Made by a program: the position numbers and the translations under genes | Shown here: positions 33,927 to 44,718 of the stretch, one piece after another | Position numbering within the stretch: position 1 is the stretch's first letter | Layout of the letters: each line of letters begins with the position of its first letter | Notes under the pieces: model-generated | Seen by the model: only the letters and a program-made list of their open reading frames with translations | Told to the model about the DNA's origin: nothing | Databases searched by the model: none | DNA from: Minisyncoccota bacterium | Lineage (GTDB): Bacteria; Patescibacteriota; Minisyncoccia; Phycocordibacterales; UBA9973 | Length of the DNA stretch: 64,000 nt | NCBI GenBank assembly: GCA_041663005.1 | Contig: JBAZRK010000001.1 | Location: forward strand, 28,976-92,975 | Reading direction: 5' to 3'

Positions 33927-35164
33927 AGTTCGGATATATCTCTTGCCGAAAGTAGATTTATGGTCCACTCGATGGCGACTCGTAGTTTTTTGCGTAAAGA
34001 GATAAATTTAAACAAATAAACTGTTCGCCAAATCCACCACGCTAACTTCCCATAAAAAGTGAAGCCCTTCACTTCACCGGCTGCCATCCACTGGCCCAGG
34101 GAGAGCATAGAGCCCAAGTGCTTGTATCTAAATTCCTTCGGCGGTAGTTCAGACAATATGAGGCTGATGTTTTGAGCCAATGTGCGGGCCTCTTGTTCCG
34201 CCACTTGAGCTAGGGCAGGCAAGTATCCGTTATTGTCTTTGAATGCGGCAAGGTCGCCAATCGCAAAAATATTTTTATGATTTGTTAATGCGAAAAATTT
34301 GTCAACAATTAAACGCCCATCGGCGGTTGCTTCTGTTTTCTGGTCGAACTCTGGAGCGTTACCTCTAACTCCCCCTACCCAGATCACAGTTTCGCTTTCT
34401 AGTTTTTGACCATCGGCTAAGCCGATAAAATCTACCCCAACTTCTGTCACCGAGCTTTCAAGCATAACATTGACACCCTTTTTCCTGAGAACTTGTAAAC
34501 TTTTTTGCCTGATTTTTTCACCGAATTGGGCTAAAAGCTCCTTGTCTCGGTGGATGAGCACCAGGGAAACATATTTTAAAACTCCGTATCTATAGTAGCG
34601 AGAAAACGTATCTTGAATTAACTCGGCTAGTTCGGCAACAAGCTCAACTCCCGTGGGACCACCACCTACCACCACAAAGCGAAGCATCTTGTGTTTTTTA
34701 TCCTCGTCCGCTACTTGAGAGGCGTGTTCTATTTGGGAGATGACGCGATTTTTAATATTTATAGCGTCTTCAATTGATTTTAAGGTGTAGGAATATTGCT
34801 CGGCACCAGGTATTCCATAGAAATTAGTTGTTGCGCCGGTGGCGAGCACCAAGTAGTCATAAAGTACGGCACCGTCTTTGGTTGTTACTGTTTGGTTTAC
34901 AGTATCTATAAACTGAGCTTTCCCAAGATAAAATTTATTCAAGCAACAACCCAATACTTTACGTATCGGCTCTACGATATTACTGCGATTTAATCCGCCG
35001 GTGGCAACTTCGTGAAGTAGGGGAGTAAAAAGGAAATAATTTTTCTCGCTTATAAGTGAGAGCTCTATATTTTTGGTGTTGTGAGCAAATTTGTGCAAAT
35101 ATTTCAGGGCATATATACCGCCAAATCCGTTGCCCACAATTACTACCCTTACCGGTTTTTCCAT
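33923..35164 (-). CDS. ndh: type II NADH dehydrogenase (NDH-2) / FAD-dependent pyridine nucleotide-disulfide oxidoreductase
   Basis: 413 aa; VRVVIVGNGFGGIYA and RFVVVGGGPTGVE Rossmann motifs, FAIGDLAAF. Confidence 0.75.
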   Translation of the reverse strand: MEKPVRVVIVGNGFGGIYALKYLHKFAHNTKNIELSLISEKNYFLFTPLLHEVATGGLNRSNIVEPIRKVLGCCLNKFYLGKAQFIDTVNQTVTTKDGAVLYDYLVLATGATTNFYGIPGAEQYSYTLKSIEDAINIKNRVISQIEHASQVADEDKKHKMLRFVVVGGGPTGVELVAELAELIQDTFSRYYRYGVLKYVSLVLIHRDKELLAQFGEKIRQKSLQVLRKKGVNVMLESSVTEVGVDFIGLADGQKLESETVIWVGGVRGNAPEFDQKTEATADGRLIVDKFFALTNHKNIFAIGDLAAFKDNNGYLPALAQVAEQEARTLAQNISLILSELPPKEFRYKHLGSMLSLGQWMAAGEVKGFTFYGKLAWWIWRTVYLFKFISLRKKLRVAIEWTINLLSARDISEL

Positions 35165-35202
35165 AATTTCTATTCTAACATAAAAAATGATATCATTACC
35201 GG

Positions 35203-35835
35203 ATGACAGAATCGGTTGTATGGGTTCAGTCTTTCATTGCTAATTATTCAGCTTGGAAGTACGTGATAATTTTTCTAGGAGCAGCTTTTGGTGGCGAGCC
35301 TGCCGTATTAGTGCTGTCCTTTCTTGCCGCACAAGGGATATTCCCCTTGGCCCCATACATAGCTGTGAGCTTTCTTGGTGTATTTTCTTCTGATTGTCTG
35401 TATTTTTTTCTGGGAAGGACGGCAATTGCCAAGAAAGCCATCGAACATAGATATGCGACTAAAACAATTTCGGTAATTATTGAAGTTATAAATCGGCTTT
35501 CTAGGGGCAGGCATACAATTGCCTTTATAATGGCAAAGTTCGTCATAGGTACCAGGGCTGTTCTTATTATGTATGTAAGTAAAACAGGGCTTTCTTTGGG
35601 AAAATTCATGCGACATAATTTACCGGCGATCGTGATTTGGCTCGTTATCGTTAGTGCTACGGGCTACCTGTCGGGTTTAGGTTTTGCTCACATTTCGAAA
35701 ACCATCGAGAATGTATATGCCGGTATCGGATTTGTGTTGTTAATTTTAATAATTCTTATGGCAATCCAGCGCTGGTTCAATAAGACAATTGAAAAGGAAG
35801 AAGAGAAAGTTTTGGAAGAAGAAAATATGATATAA
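35203..35835 (+). CDS. DedA/SNARE-associated family membrane protein
   Basis: 210 aa; multiple TM helices, DedA-like pattern; tentative. Confidence 0.5.
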   Translation: MTESVVWVQSFIANYSAWKYVIIFLGAAFGGEPAVLVLSFLAAQGIFPLAPYIAVSFLGVFSSDCLYFFLGRTAIAKKAIEHRYATKTISVIIEVINRLSRGRHTIAFIMAKFVIGTRAVLIMYVSKTGLSLGKFMRHNLPAIVIWLVIVSATGYLSGLGFAHISKTIENVYAGIGFVLLILIILMAIQRWFNKTIEKEEEKVLEEENMI

Positions 35836-35843
35836 TTAAAAAT

Positions 35844-36236
35844 ATGCAAATAAATTTACAGAGTAAAAATATTGAATTAACCGACGAGATAAAAAATTAT
35901 GCCGAGAAGCGAGTAACTAATTTAGACAAGCTGCTTTCTGGCCTGGCATCCGAAGAAGCCCAGGCTACACTAGAGGTATCTCGGAATACATTACACCATA
36001 AAGCCGGCGATGTTTTTCACGCCGACTGCTCCTTGACTCTTCAAGGCAAACACTTTTATGCTTCGAGCGACAACGAGGATCTTTATACCGCCATCGATAA
36101 CGTTAAGGACACGTTATTTAACGACATAAACAAAACCAAGGGTCGTGAGCAGACTCTTTTGGTTCGTGGAGCTCGAAGTGTCAAAAAAATGCTGAAGGGT
36201 CTCTCTGACCGCAATCCTTTTACTTCGAAATATTAA
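35844..36236 (+). CDS. hpf: ribosome hibernation promoting factor / RaiA family
   Basis: 130 aa; MQINLQSKNIELTDEIKNYAEKRV matches HPF N-terminus (MQINIQGHNIELTDALREYV). Confidence 0.8.
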   Translation: MQINLQSKNIELTDEIKNYAEKRVTNLDKLLSGLASEEAQATLEVSRNTLHHKAGDVFHADCSLTLQGKHFYASSDNEDLYTAIDNVKDTLFNDINKTKGREQTLLVRGARSVKKMLKGLSDRNPFTSKY

Positions 36237-37078
36237 TTTCGGTTGAATTCCTCCCAGGTTATCTCCTTTCTTCCTTCCGGGATAACTTTTTTGATTGTGA
36301 AAGTATTATTTTCCAGTACCGCATCAGTGATAATTATTCGTTTTCCATTTTCAAAAAGGAAGGTCCGAGGCCAGTGGGCATAAGCACGGAATTTGTTGTA
36401 ATTCGTAACAGGGTCGGCACTTAAATTTATCAGGCCGTCTTCTTTTTTAATTTTTTTACAATGAGTTGCCAGCTTTTCATCTTGTGGTGCTTCTTTTATA
36501 TCACCAGCTATTATTTTCGGTAATGTTTCTACAAGTAGTTCGCCTCCAGCTTTAATTAAAGCTAAACGGAGTTCGGGTGCGGTTTGGTCAGGCAAGATTT
36601 CAAGCTTCTTGCTTGCGATTATCGGTCCCGCATCCATTTGATATACCATTTTCTGGATTGTGACTCCTGTCGTGCTATCTCCGTTTAAGATCGCCGTTTC
36701 GACAGGGGAAGCGCCACGATATTTAGGCAACAGGGAATAGTGAATATTTATTGAACCGTATTTTGGTATTTTTAAAATTTCTTCTGGCAATATTTTGCCA
36801 TAGGCTACGATTATAAATAGGCAGTTAGGTCCTAGGCATCTAAGCTTTAGCTCGTTATAAAATATTTCATCAAGTTTCTCGGGTTGAAGGTAAGATATAT
36901 TATTTTCTTCCGCCCAGACTTTAACCGGAGAGGGAGTTAGGAGCATTTTACGCCCGGATCTGGCATCCGGAGAGGTAACAATAATACTAGGCAAATAACC
37001 TGCTTGCTTCAATGTTTCCAGGGTATCGCTCGCCACGTTCGGTGTGCCAAAAAATGCAAATGTAAATTGACTAGACAT
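36233..37078 (-). CDS. fmt: methionyl-tRNA formyltransferase
   Basis: 281 aa; N-terminal formyl-transferase domain (FAFFGTPNVASDTLETL...IVTSPD, SINIHYSLLPKYRGASPV) and C-terminal Fmt domain. Confidence 0.85.
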   Translation of the reverse strand: MSSQFTFAFFGTPNVASDTLETLKQAGYLPSIIVTSPDARSGRKMLLTPSPVKVWAEENNISYLQPEKLDEIFYNELKLRCLGPNCLFIIVAYGKILPEEILKIPKYGSINIHYSLLPKYRGASPVETAILNGDSTTGVTIQKMVYQMDAGPIIASKKLEILPDQTAPELRLALIKAGGELLVETLPKIIAGDIKEAPQDEKLATHCKKIKKEDGLINLSADPVTNYNKFRAYAHWPRTFLFENGKRIIITDAVLENNTFTIKKVIPEGRKEITWEEFNRN

Positions 37079-37093
37079 TATTTTTTTATTGAA

Positions 37094-37651
37094 TTACTTA
37101 ACTGGAAGTTCTTCCTTGATATCCTTAGCGTGGTCTATGAACAAGATTCCTTTCAGGTGGTCTGTTTCGTGCTGGAAAATTTGAGCCAATAGCCCTGATG
37201 CACCGCGCGTAAACTTCTTGCCATTTTCGTCATACGCTACTACCGTAGCTTTTTTTGAGCGCAAAGCCTTACCGTACAACCAGCGGACGGACAGACAGCC
37301 TTCAGGTAGCCACTCCTTGTCACGGGACAATTTGGAAATTTGCGGGTTAATGAATATTAAATCCTTTATCTTAACTTTTTTTGCTTTTTCCGCCACTTCT
37401 TCACCCGCTAGAATTTTTTCAGCGCGCGCCCGAGCGAAGTCAGGAGCAAATATTTTTCCCGATACCACGAAAATTTGCAAAGAATATCCGATCTGCGGAG
37501 CCGCTATGGCTACACCATCATCTTGACTTTTCAGGGCTGCGGACATCTCGCTGAGAATTTTTTTAATTTTTTCTTTCTTTATTTCACTGACAGGCACCTC
37601 TTGGGCTTGTTTACGAAGCACCTTTTCTGTTTGTTGAAGAATTTTCTTCAT
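37094..37651 (-). CDS. def: peptide deformylase
   Basis: 185 aa; GIGLAAPQ-like (VAIAAPQIG), EGCLS, QHETDHL motifs. Confidence 0.9.
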   Translation of the reverse strand: MKKILQQTEKVLRKQAQEVPVSEIKKEKIKKILSEMSAALKSQDDGVAIAAPQIGYSLQIFVVSGKIFAPDFARARAEKILAGEEVAEKAKKVKIKDLIFINPQISKLSRDKEWLPEGCLSVRWLYGKALRSKKATVVAYDENGKKFTRGASGLLAQIFQHETDHLKGILFIDHAKDIKEELPVK

Positions 37652-37653
37652 AG

Positions 37654-38961
37654 TTACTTGAGGTTTTTTAGATACTCGAGAAGCTTGGTGAGTTTGACGG
37701 TATCTTGAGATCTGTTGGACATATCACGCACGATAACAGCATTTTCTAATGCCTCTTTTACTCCGAAGATTATCGCATAAGGGATAGCCAGACGTTCAGC
37801 AATGGCTAATTGTGACCCTAGACTGTCTTTCGACAAGGATTGTGCAATAGGAATGTGAGCTTTTCGTAAAATTTCGATAACGTTTAGGCTCTTGAGCTTG
37901 GCATCAGCCCCCAATTGAATGAAATATATTTTCGGCTTTTTCATAATGCGAGGCGCGAGCTTCTTGTACCAAGGCGCCGCGACAATTCTGTCTACGCCGA
38001 TAGACATTCCTACTGCTGGGACGTCGCGCTTGCTGCCGACTTGGCGTGCCAGATAGTCATAGCGTCCACCGCCGGCGAGCGCCAATAGCGTGCCACCTTC
38101 GCCAGCCTCCTTCTCCATAATTTCAAAAACAGTGCGGGTATAGTAAGAGAGTCCTCGTACCAGGTTCTTGTTTATGTTGTATGGTATACCCATCTCCTCC
38201 AGATATTCCAGCACTTCCTTGAAGTGTTTCTTGCATGAAGCGCACAGGAAAGAAATTGAGTCCGGGGCACCTTCGTTTATTTCTTTTGTTTTTTCTTCTT
38301 TGGAATCAAGGATGCGAAGGGGATTAGTTTTCAATCGTTCGCGGTCTACGGACGGCAAACTGCTTAAATGCTTTTTATAGTAATTTGAAAGTTCCTTCAA
38401 GTAGACATTTCGGCATTCCTTGTCGCCGATAGAATTTATATCAATAGACAAGTCGGTTGCTCCGGCATCCTCGAGGATACACATACCTGCCTTGATGGTA
38501 AGGGCGTCTAGGATGCTCTTGTCGCTTCCTAGACAGTCTAAATCAAATTGGTAAAACTGTCGGTATCGGCCGCGTTGTGGTTTATCGTGGCGAAAGACTG
38601 GTCCGTATTGGTAGAACATTACTGGTTGTGGTTGGTTCTGCATTCCGTGCTCGATATAAGCACGCATAAGCGGAGCAGTGTGTTCTGGGCGAAGTGCTAG
38701 ATGGTCGCCCCCTTTTGTTTTTAGATTGTAAATTTCCTTGTCGACTATGTCTGTGCCTTGTCCGATGCCTCCGGTGATAAGGTCTTCGTGTTCAAGCATT
38801 GGAGTATCGATAGGTTTGAATCCGTAGTAGACGGCCACCTCCTGCGCCTTCTCGAAAAATCCCTGAAAAGCGTAATACTCTTCGTTCATAATGTCTCGCA
38901 TACCTTTCGGGGTTGCGAGTTCGGCGGCCTTACTTTTCGGAGCGCGTGTTAGTTTTTTCAT
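37654..38961 (-). CDS. hisS: histidyl-tRNA synthetase
   Basis: 435 aa; PKGMRD N-terminal motif, class II aaRS core, C-terminal anticodon-binding domain. Confidence 0.85.
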   Translation of the reverse strand: MKKLTRAPKSKAAELATPKGMRDIMNEEYYAFQGFFEKAQEVAVYYGFKPIDTPMLEHEDLITGGIGQGTDIVDKEIYNLKTKGGDHLALRPEHTAPLMRAYIEHGMQNQPQPVMFYQYGPVFRHDKPQRGRYRQFYQFDLDCLGSDKSILDALTIKAGMCILEDAGATDLSIDINSIGDKECRNVYLKELSNYYKKHLSSLPSVDRERLKTNPLRILDSKEEKTKEINEGAPDSISFLCASCKKHFKEVLEYLEEMGIPYNINKNLVRGLSYYTRTVFEIMEKEAGEGGTLLALAGGGRYDYLARQVGSKRDVPAVGMSIGVDRIVAAPWYKKLAPRIMKKPKIYFIQLGADAKLKSLNVIEILRKAHIPIAQSLSKDSLGSQLAIAERLAIPYAIIFGVKEALENAVIVRDMSNRSQDTVKLTKLLEYLKNLK

Positions 38962-38966
38962 AATAC

Positions 38967-39527
38967 TTATTTTTCTTCTTTATAATCGCCCGGTAAAATA
39001 TTGATTTTATCAAACGGCAAGAGGCGTATGAAGGCCTTGCCAGTGAGAAGCTCTTTTTTTACAGCACCCCAATAACGAGAATCAGAACTTGCGCCCCTGT
39101 TGTCTCCCATTACGAAGTATTCGTTATCTTTTAACTCGAAGTGCGTTTCGCTATTGCTCTTATTTTTAACAAAAGGTTGATTTAAGACAAGCCCATTCTT
39201 GTGGTCATTATTTTTAATCGTGACCGTGCTGCCATCTATGTCCACGGTTTCGTTTGGCAAACCGATAATTCTTTTTATGAAAAACTTACTTGGGTCAGCG
39301 GGGTAGCGGAATACCACCACGTCATATCTCTCGGGCGCACCAAGTCGATAGGAAATTTTATCTACTATGAGGTAGTCTCCGTTTTCAAAAGTGGGAAACA
39401 TAGATGACCCTGAAACTATGAAGGGCTCGGCCACGAATGCGCGAATGGGCACCACAATAAGTAAAGCTAAAAAAGCGAAGCGCAGTAGCTCCCAAAAAGA
39501 TTGCCAACCTGATTTTTTCTCTTCCAT
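38967..39527 (-). CDS. lepB: signal peptidase I
   Basis: 186 aa; N-terminal TM, catalytic GSSMFPT (Ser) and GDNRGASSDSRYWG motifs. Confidence 0.85.
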   Translation of the reverse strand: MEEKKSGWQSFWELLRFAFLALLIVVPIRAFVAEPFIVSGSSMFPTFENGDYLIVDKISYRLGAPERYDVVVFRYPADPSKFFIKRIIGLPNETVDIDGSTVTIKNNDHKNGLVLNQPFVKNKSNSETHFELKDNEYFVMGDNRGASSDSRYWGAVKKELLTGKAFIRLLPFDKINILPGDYKEEK

Positions 39528-39623
39528 TCGGACATCATAGCATAAAACATTCTTGACATTATGGGAAGTTTTGTTTTCTAATTAAAAGTATAGCTATTAA
39601 AAATAATATGGTATCATTCTAAT

Positions 39624-40151
39624 ATGAAATTAGTAGTAGGGCTTGGAAATCCGGGCGAAGAATATGAGAAAACTCGTCATAATACGGGGCGAATTTTAGT
39701 TGGGTTAATTGAGAAGAAATGGGAAGGCCCCAAGGTGAAATTCATAACGCCCGACACGTTTATGAATAATTCGGGTAAAGCAGTGACGACATTCGTAAAA
39801 TCAAAAAAAGATCTCAAAGACTTGGTTGTTGTCTACGACGACATCGATCTTCCTATTGGCAAAATTAAAATTTCTTTCAACAGGTCATCCGGCGGGCACA
39901 ACGGGCTGGGCTCTATAATTAAATCTCTCAAGTCAGAAGAATTTGTGCGTATACGAATTGGCATAGCCCCAACAACTCCTTCCGGTAAAATCCGAAAGCC
40001 TTCCGGGGAGAAAGAGGTGCTTAAATTCCTACTGGGAGAATTTAAAAAGTCTGAGTTTGAAACTATAAAAAAGCTTTCTAAAAAAGTGAGTGATGCAATT
40101 GAGTGTATTTTCTCCGAGAGTAAAGAGAAGGCAATGAGCTTGTATAATTAA
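39624..40151 (+). CDS. pth: peptidyl-tRNA hydrolase
   Basis: 175 aa; MKLVVGLGNPGEEYEKTRHNTG signature. Confidence 0.9.
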   Translation: MKLVVGLGNPGEEYEKTRHNTGRILVGLIEKKWEGPKVKFITPDTFMNNSGKAVTTFVKSKKDLKDLVVVYDDIDLPIGKIKISFNRSSGGHNGLGSIIKSLKSEEFVRIRIGIAPTTPSGKIRKPSGEKEVLKFLLGEFKKSEFETIKKLSKKVSDAIECIFSESKEKAMSLYN

Positions 40152-43100
40152 ATTTCCTTCACGGCCTCGAGGATAATGCTTTTTTCACCGTTTCGATTGG
40201 AAACTTTCCCTGAGAGAGCGATGCATTTTTCGGGAACCAAGATGTCCACAGAGGTTTGATATAGACGAGGGAAGGCTACAGCCTCGATTGAATCAGTCAG
40301 GTCGGATATTTTCAAGAAAGCCATCCGCTCGTTATTTTTTGTTATCACTACTCTGGCGGTTTCGATGATGCCGCCAAGGGTAACCGGCAGACCGTTACCC
40401 ATTTCTTCTTTTATCTTTTTGATATTTATGGTCCTTTTTTCTAATTTATCGCGCAAGCGTTCTAGTGGGTGCCCTGAGATGTAGAGACCTAGGAGTTCCT
40501 TTTCCCACGCTAACTTCTCCGCTTGTGTGGCTTCGGTGGCAGGCTGAAGCTTGAACTCCGGGGCTTGCACTGATGTAGCGCCACCGAAAAGCGAGGTTTG
40601 GGCGCCGTTTTGCTTGCCGTTTTCGTGGTTATACTCGAGCATCGCTTCGAGATTGCCAAGGAGTATGCCACGGTCGCCCCATTCGTCCATACTGCCGGAT
40701 TTTATCATAGCTTCCATAGATTTTTTATTCAAATTTTTATGCTTGATACGATCGAGGAAATTGGTGATTGATTGAAATTTACCGTTTAGCTTTCTTTCTT
40801 CGATGATGGCGTCGGCGATATCAGTCCCCAAGTTTTTAATCGTATAAAAGCCGAACCTTATGCGCTCGCTTTTGTTGGTTTTGGCAATTGGAATGTTCGT
40901 GTCTTTCGGCAAACAGGAAAAGCCGCCGTAACTTTCATTGATGTCAGGTGGCAGGACGGGGATTTTCATATTTTTGCATTCCTCTATAATCTCGGCTATT
41001 TTTTCTACATCACCTGATTCAGCCGTAAGAATTGCTGCCATATATTCCACAGGGTAATGCGCTTTCATATATGCCGTCTCGTAGGCAACCTTGCCGTAGC
41101 TTGCCGCGTGTGCCTTATTGAACCCGTAGGCCTGGAACGGCTCGAAGAGTTTCCACAATTTTTCTGCGAACTCTGGAGTTTGTCCGTTCTGGATGATACC
41201 TTTCGTAAATTTTTCTCTCTGCGCGGCCATTTCTTTTGGAATTTTCTTTCCAACAGCCTTGCGGAATTTGTCCGCTTCTTCCCAGGTGTAACCGGCAAGT
41301 TCTATGGCGCAGAAAAGCAGGTCGTCCTGATACACAATGAGCCCGTGGGACTCCGCGAGGAATTTCTTCATTCGAGGGTCCATATATTTAACCAGGCGGG
41401 GATTGTGCTTCCTTTTAATGTATTCCGGAATTGTTTCCATCGGACCTGGGCGGTAGAGCGCAACCATAGCATTGATGTCATGAATCGTAGTGGGCTTGAG
41501 CTCTTTCAAGTAGCGGGTCATTCCCGCGCCGTTTAACTGGAAAAGTCCTTCTGTCTGCCCGTTGGCCAGAAGTTCGAAAGTTTTCTTGTCATCTAGTGGA
41601 ATTCGAGTTAAATCTATATTTACTCCGTAAAATTTTCGTACTAGACGTACCGCATCGGCGAGTATGGCCAGGTTACGAATACCCAAGAAGTCGAATTTCA
41701 GAAGTCCGGCCTCCTCAGCACTGTACATATCGTACTGAGTAATTATTTTTCCGCCCTTCGGGTCTAACTGAGTGGGCATATACTCGTAAATCGGCTTAGG
41801 TGCTATAACTACGCCGGCGGCGTGCACGGAAATGTGTCGGACACAGCCTTCAAGTTTCTTTGCGAGGTCTATGATTTCTTTGGTGTCTTTTTCCTTTTCG
41901 TAGGCTTCTTTGAGCTCGGGGACTATTTCCATGGCGTGGTCTATGGTCATTGGCATTCCTTGCGAACCCATAGGAATCATTTTAGAAATGCGGTCACCTA
42001 CGGCATAGGGGTAGGCTAGGGCTCGAGCAACGTCACGCACCGCACCGCGCGCCATCATCGTTCCGAAAGTACCGATCTGGGCCACATTCGCTTCACCATA
42101 TTTTTGTTTCACATATTCAATCATCTCATCCCGCCTGTTGTCAGCGAAGTCCATATCTATATCGGGAGCCGAAGGTCGGAAAGGGTTTAAAAATCTTTCA
42201 AACGGGAGCTTGTATTCCAAAGGGTTAATATTTGTAATCCCCAGAAGATACGTAACCATAGAGCCGGCAACCGAGCCTCGAATTGCGGTCAGAATGCCGT
42301 GTGCCTTGGCATAATCCAGTAGGTCGTCTACCACTAGGAAGTATGGAGAATAACCTTTAGTGAAAATTATCTGGAGTTCGTACTCGATGCGTTCTTTGAT
42401 TTCGGTAGTTTCTTTTATATTTAAATTTTTCAGCCCCTCGTAAGTAAGTTCTCGGAGTTTTTCATCATATGTTTTTCCTTGTTCCACTTTGAAATCCGGG
42501 AAAACCCACTTTCCAAGTTCGAGCTCGAGGTCACACATTGCTGCCACCTTGTTTGTATTTTCCACCGCGTCGGGGACATCTTTGAAAAGTTCCATCGCCT
42601 CTTTGCTGTTAACGAAATGGTATTCTTCGTTACCGAAAGAAAATTTATTTTCATCCTTAATATCCGAGTTAGTTTGGATAGCCAGAAGAGTCTCGTGGGC
42701 TTTGCGGTCGTCTCGCATAGGATAATGCGAGTCCATTGTAGCGACTAACGGTACGCCCAACTTTTTACTTAAGGCGATAATACCTTCACGCACGTTTTCC
42801 GCACCATCGACTCCGGACTGCTTCTGCTGAATTTCCAGGAAATAATTCTCTTTGCCGAAAATTTCTTGGTGCTCGGCTATGACAGCTTCAGCTTTTTGAA
42901 AATCTTTACCTGAAAGTGCGCGCCCTAATTCTCCGCCTAAGCATCCGGAAAGTGCGATGATACCATCGGAATACTTGCGTAAAATTTCTTTATCCATTCG
43001 TGGCTTGTAGTAAAAGCCCTCGATATGCGAAATTGTGACCAGGCGCATCAGGTTTTTATAACCGGTCAAATTTTTTGCAAGCAAAGTCAGATGAAATCTT

Positions 43101-43366
43101 TTATTATCGATACCGGGATCTTTGTCCGCGCGGCCACGGTTGGCCACATAGGCTTCGACGCCGATGATCGGCTTAATTCCAGCCGCCTTCGCTAGTTTAT
43201 AGAATTCAACGGCGCCATACATATTGCCATGGTCGGTAATAGCCAGCGCCGGCATTCCGTACTCTTTAGCCAAATTTATCAAAGTTTCAAGCTTAGAAAG
43301 CCCGTCGAGTAGGGAATAGTGCGAGTGGGTGTGCAGATGCACGAATTTTGCTTTTTCTTCCGCCAT
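40148..43366 (-). CDS. dnaE: DNA polymerase III alpha subunit
   Basis: ~1072 aa from Met at 43366 (MAEEKAKFVHLHTHSHYSLLDG PHP domain); polymerase core and OB-fold follow; upstream in-frame extension to 43477 overlaps gap start and is rejected. Confidence 0.9.
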   Translation of the reverse strand: MAEEKAKFVHLHTHSHYSLLDGLSKLETLINLAKEYGMPALAITDHGNMYGAVEFYKLAKAAGIKPIIGVEAYVANRGRADKDPGIDNKRFHLTLLAKNLTGYKNLMRLVTISHIEGFYYKPRMDKEILRKYSDGIIALSGCLGGELGRALSGKDFQKAEAVIAEHQEIFGKENYFLEIQQKQSGVDGAENVREGIIALSKKLGVPLVATMDSHYPMRDDRKAHETLLAIQTNSDIKDENKFSFGNEEYHFVNSKEAMELFKDVPDAVENTNKVAAMCDLELELGKWVFPDFKVEQGKTYDEKLRELTYEGLKNLNIKETTEIKERIEYELQIIFTKGYSPYFLVVDDLLDYAKAHGILTAIRGSVAGSMVTYLLGITNINPLEYKLPFERFLNPFRPSAPDIDMDFADNRRDEMIEYVKQKYGEANVAQIGTFGTMMARGAVRDVARALAYPYAVGDRISKMIPMGSQGMPMTIDHAMEIVPELKEAYEKEKDTKEIIDLAKKLEGCVRHISVHAAGVVIAPKPIYEYMPTQLDPKGGKIITQYDMYSAEEAGLLKFDFLGIRNLAILADAVRLVRKFYGVNIDLTRIPLDDKKTFELLANGQTEGLFQLNGAGMTRYLKELKPTTIHDINAMVALYRPGPMETIPEYIKRKHNPRLVKYMDPRMKKFLAESHGLIVYQDDLLFCAIELAGYTWEEADKFRKAVGKKIPKEMAAQREKFTKGIIQNGQTPEFAEKLWKLFEPFQAYGFNKAHAASYGKVAYETAYMKAHYPVEYMAAILTAESGDVEKIAEIIEECKNMKIPVLPPDINESYGGFSCLPKDTNIPIAKTNKSERIRFGFYTIKNLGTDIADAIIEERKLNGKFQSITNFLDRIKHKNLNKKSMEAMIKSGSMDEWGDRGILLGNLEAMLEYNHENGKQNGAQTSLFGGATSVQAPEFKLQPATEATQAEKLAWEKELLGLYISGHPLERLRDKLEKRTINIKKIKEEMGNGLPVTLGGIIETARVVITKNNERMAFLKISDLTDSIEAVAFPRLYQTSVDILVPEKCIALSGKVSNRNGEKSIILEAVKEI

Positions 43367-43402
43367 TTTGCCTATAATAGCACATTTTGCTACAATAATA
43401 TT

Positions 43403-44425
43403 ATGAAAAAAATACGAGTAGGTATTAATGGTTTTGGAAGAATAGGGCGTGCTTTTCTCAAGGTTGCCTGGGAACATCCGGAAGTTGAAGTAGTCGCCCT
43501 AAATGACTTGGGCAGCGTAGACAATATGGCTTACCTTTTGAAATACGACACTGTCTACGGAAAATGGGGTCATGAAATTAAAACAGAAGGGGACAGTTTA
43601 GTTATCGATGGAGCGAAAGTCAAAGTTCTGGCAGAAAAGGACCCTAGCAAGCTTCCTTGGAAAGATTTAAATATTGATGTAGTTGTGGAGTCAACCGGAC
43701 TTTTTACTAATTATGAAAAAGCTCAAGCGCACATCGTTGCCGGAGCGAAAAAAGTTGTAATCTCCGCCCCAGCGAAAGGTGACAGTACCGTTAAGGGTGA
43801 AATGATTCTCTTGGGTGTCAACGAAGACAAATTCGGCGCAAGTGACATAACTTCCAACGCTTCCTGCACTACTAACGCCGCTTCGCCTCTCATTGCGATT
43901 TTGCACCAAGCTTTAGGGGTAGAGAAAGCTTTACTCAATACCGTGCACGGATACACGGCTTCACAAGCACTGATCGACGGCCCAAGCAAAAAAGATTTAC
44001 GTGAAGGTAGGGCAGCAGCCCAGAACCTTGTGCCATCCTCGACCGGGGCAGCTATCGCCGTGGCTAAAGTGTTCCCAGAACTCACTGGTCTCTTTGACGG
44101 CATATCTATCCGTGTGCCGGTGCCAGCTGGATCTATCGTGGATATAACTTTCATTTCCAAGAAAGATACAACCGCTGAAGAAGTGAATGAAATCCTCAAA
44201 AAAGCGGCAAAGGATCCTCGCTGGGAAAAACTTTTCGCGGTAACCGAAGAACCTTTAGTCTCAAGCGATATACTTGGAAGCCATTACGGCTCTATCGCGG
44301 ACCTCAAGATGACCCGCGTGGTTGGCGGCAATCTAGTTAAGGTGATGGGCTGGTATGACAACGAAATGGGGTACACTCACACTCTCGTCGACCACGTCCT
44401 CAAAACCGCTGCGACGATAAAATAA
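43403..44425 (+). CDS. gap: glyceraldehyde-3-phosphate dehydrogenase
   Basis: 340 aa from MKKIRVGINGFGRIGR; active-site ASCTTNA; upstream in-frame extension rejected. Confidence 0.9.
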   Translation: MKKIRVGINGFGRIGRAFLKVAWEHPEVEVVALNDLGSVDNMAYLLKYDTVYGKWGHEIKTEGDSLVIDGAKVKVLAEKDPSKLPWKDLNIDVVVESTGLFTNYEKAQAHIVAGAKKVVISAPAKGDSTVKGEMILLGVNEDKFGASDITSNASCTTNAASPLIAILHQALGVEKALLNTVHGYTASQALIDGPSKKDLREGRAAAQNLVPSSTGAAIAVAKVFPELTGLFDGISIRVPVPAGSIVDITFISKKDTTAEEVNEILKKAAKDPRWEKLFAVTEEPLVSSDILGSHYGSIADLKMTRVVGGNLVKVMGWYDNEMGYTHTLVDHVLKTAATIK

Positions 44426-44426
44426 A

Positions 44427-44642
44427 ATGAAACAAAAAATATATTGGTTGCGGGGTCTGATTGGAGGAGTAATTGCTTATGTGCTTTTTTTGTTTATTCT
44501 TTATATATGTTTAAGTAGGCTTGGAGGTGGAGATGGGGAATATGCGTTTGGTCTGATACTTCCAATAATCGCCCCTTTCCTTCTACCTGTTATTCCTCTG
44601 GGGGCATTCATTGGTTGGTTCTATGGAAGAAAGATAAATTAA
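44427..44642 (+). CDS. small hydrophobic membrane protein (71 aa)
   Basis: Two predicted TM helices; no family recognised. Confidence 0.4.
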   Translation: MKQKIYWLRGLIGGVIAYVLFLFILYICLSRLGGGDGEYAFGLILPIIAPFLLPVIPLGAFIGWFYGRKIN

Positions 44643-44718
44643 TACTCGATTAACCATTGTGATTTTCTTTATAACACTTGAAATCTCCTAGTCAAAGATA
44701 TAATGCGCAAATTTCTTA

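Noticed and set aside
43367-43477. N-terminal extension of dnaE ORF (and 43319-43402 extension of gap)
   Set aside because: The two extensions overlap each other on opposite strands. The conserved protein N-termini (PHP-domain HLHTHSHYS, GAPDH MKKIRVGINGFGRIGR) start at the internal Mets 43366 and 43403.
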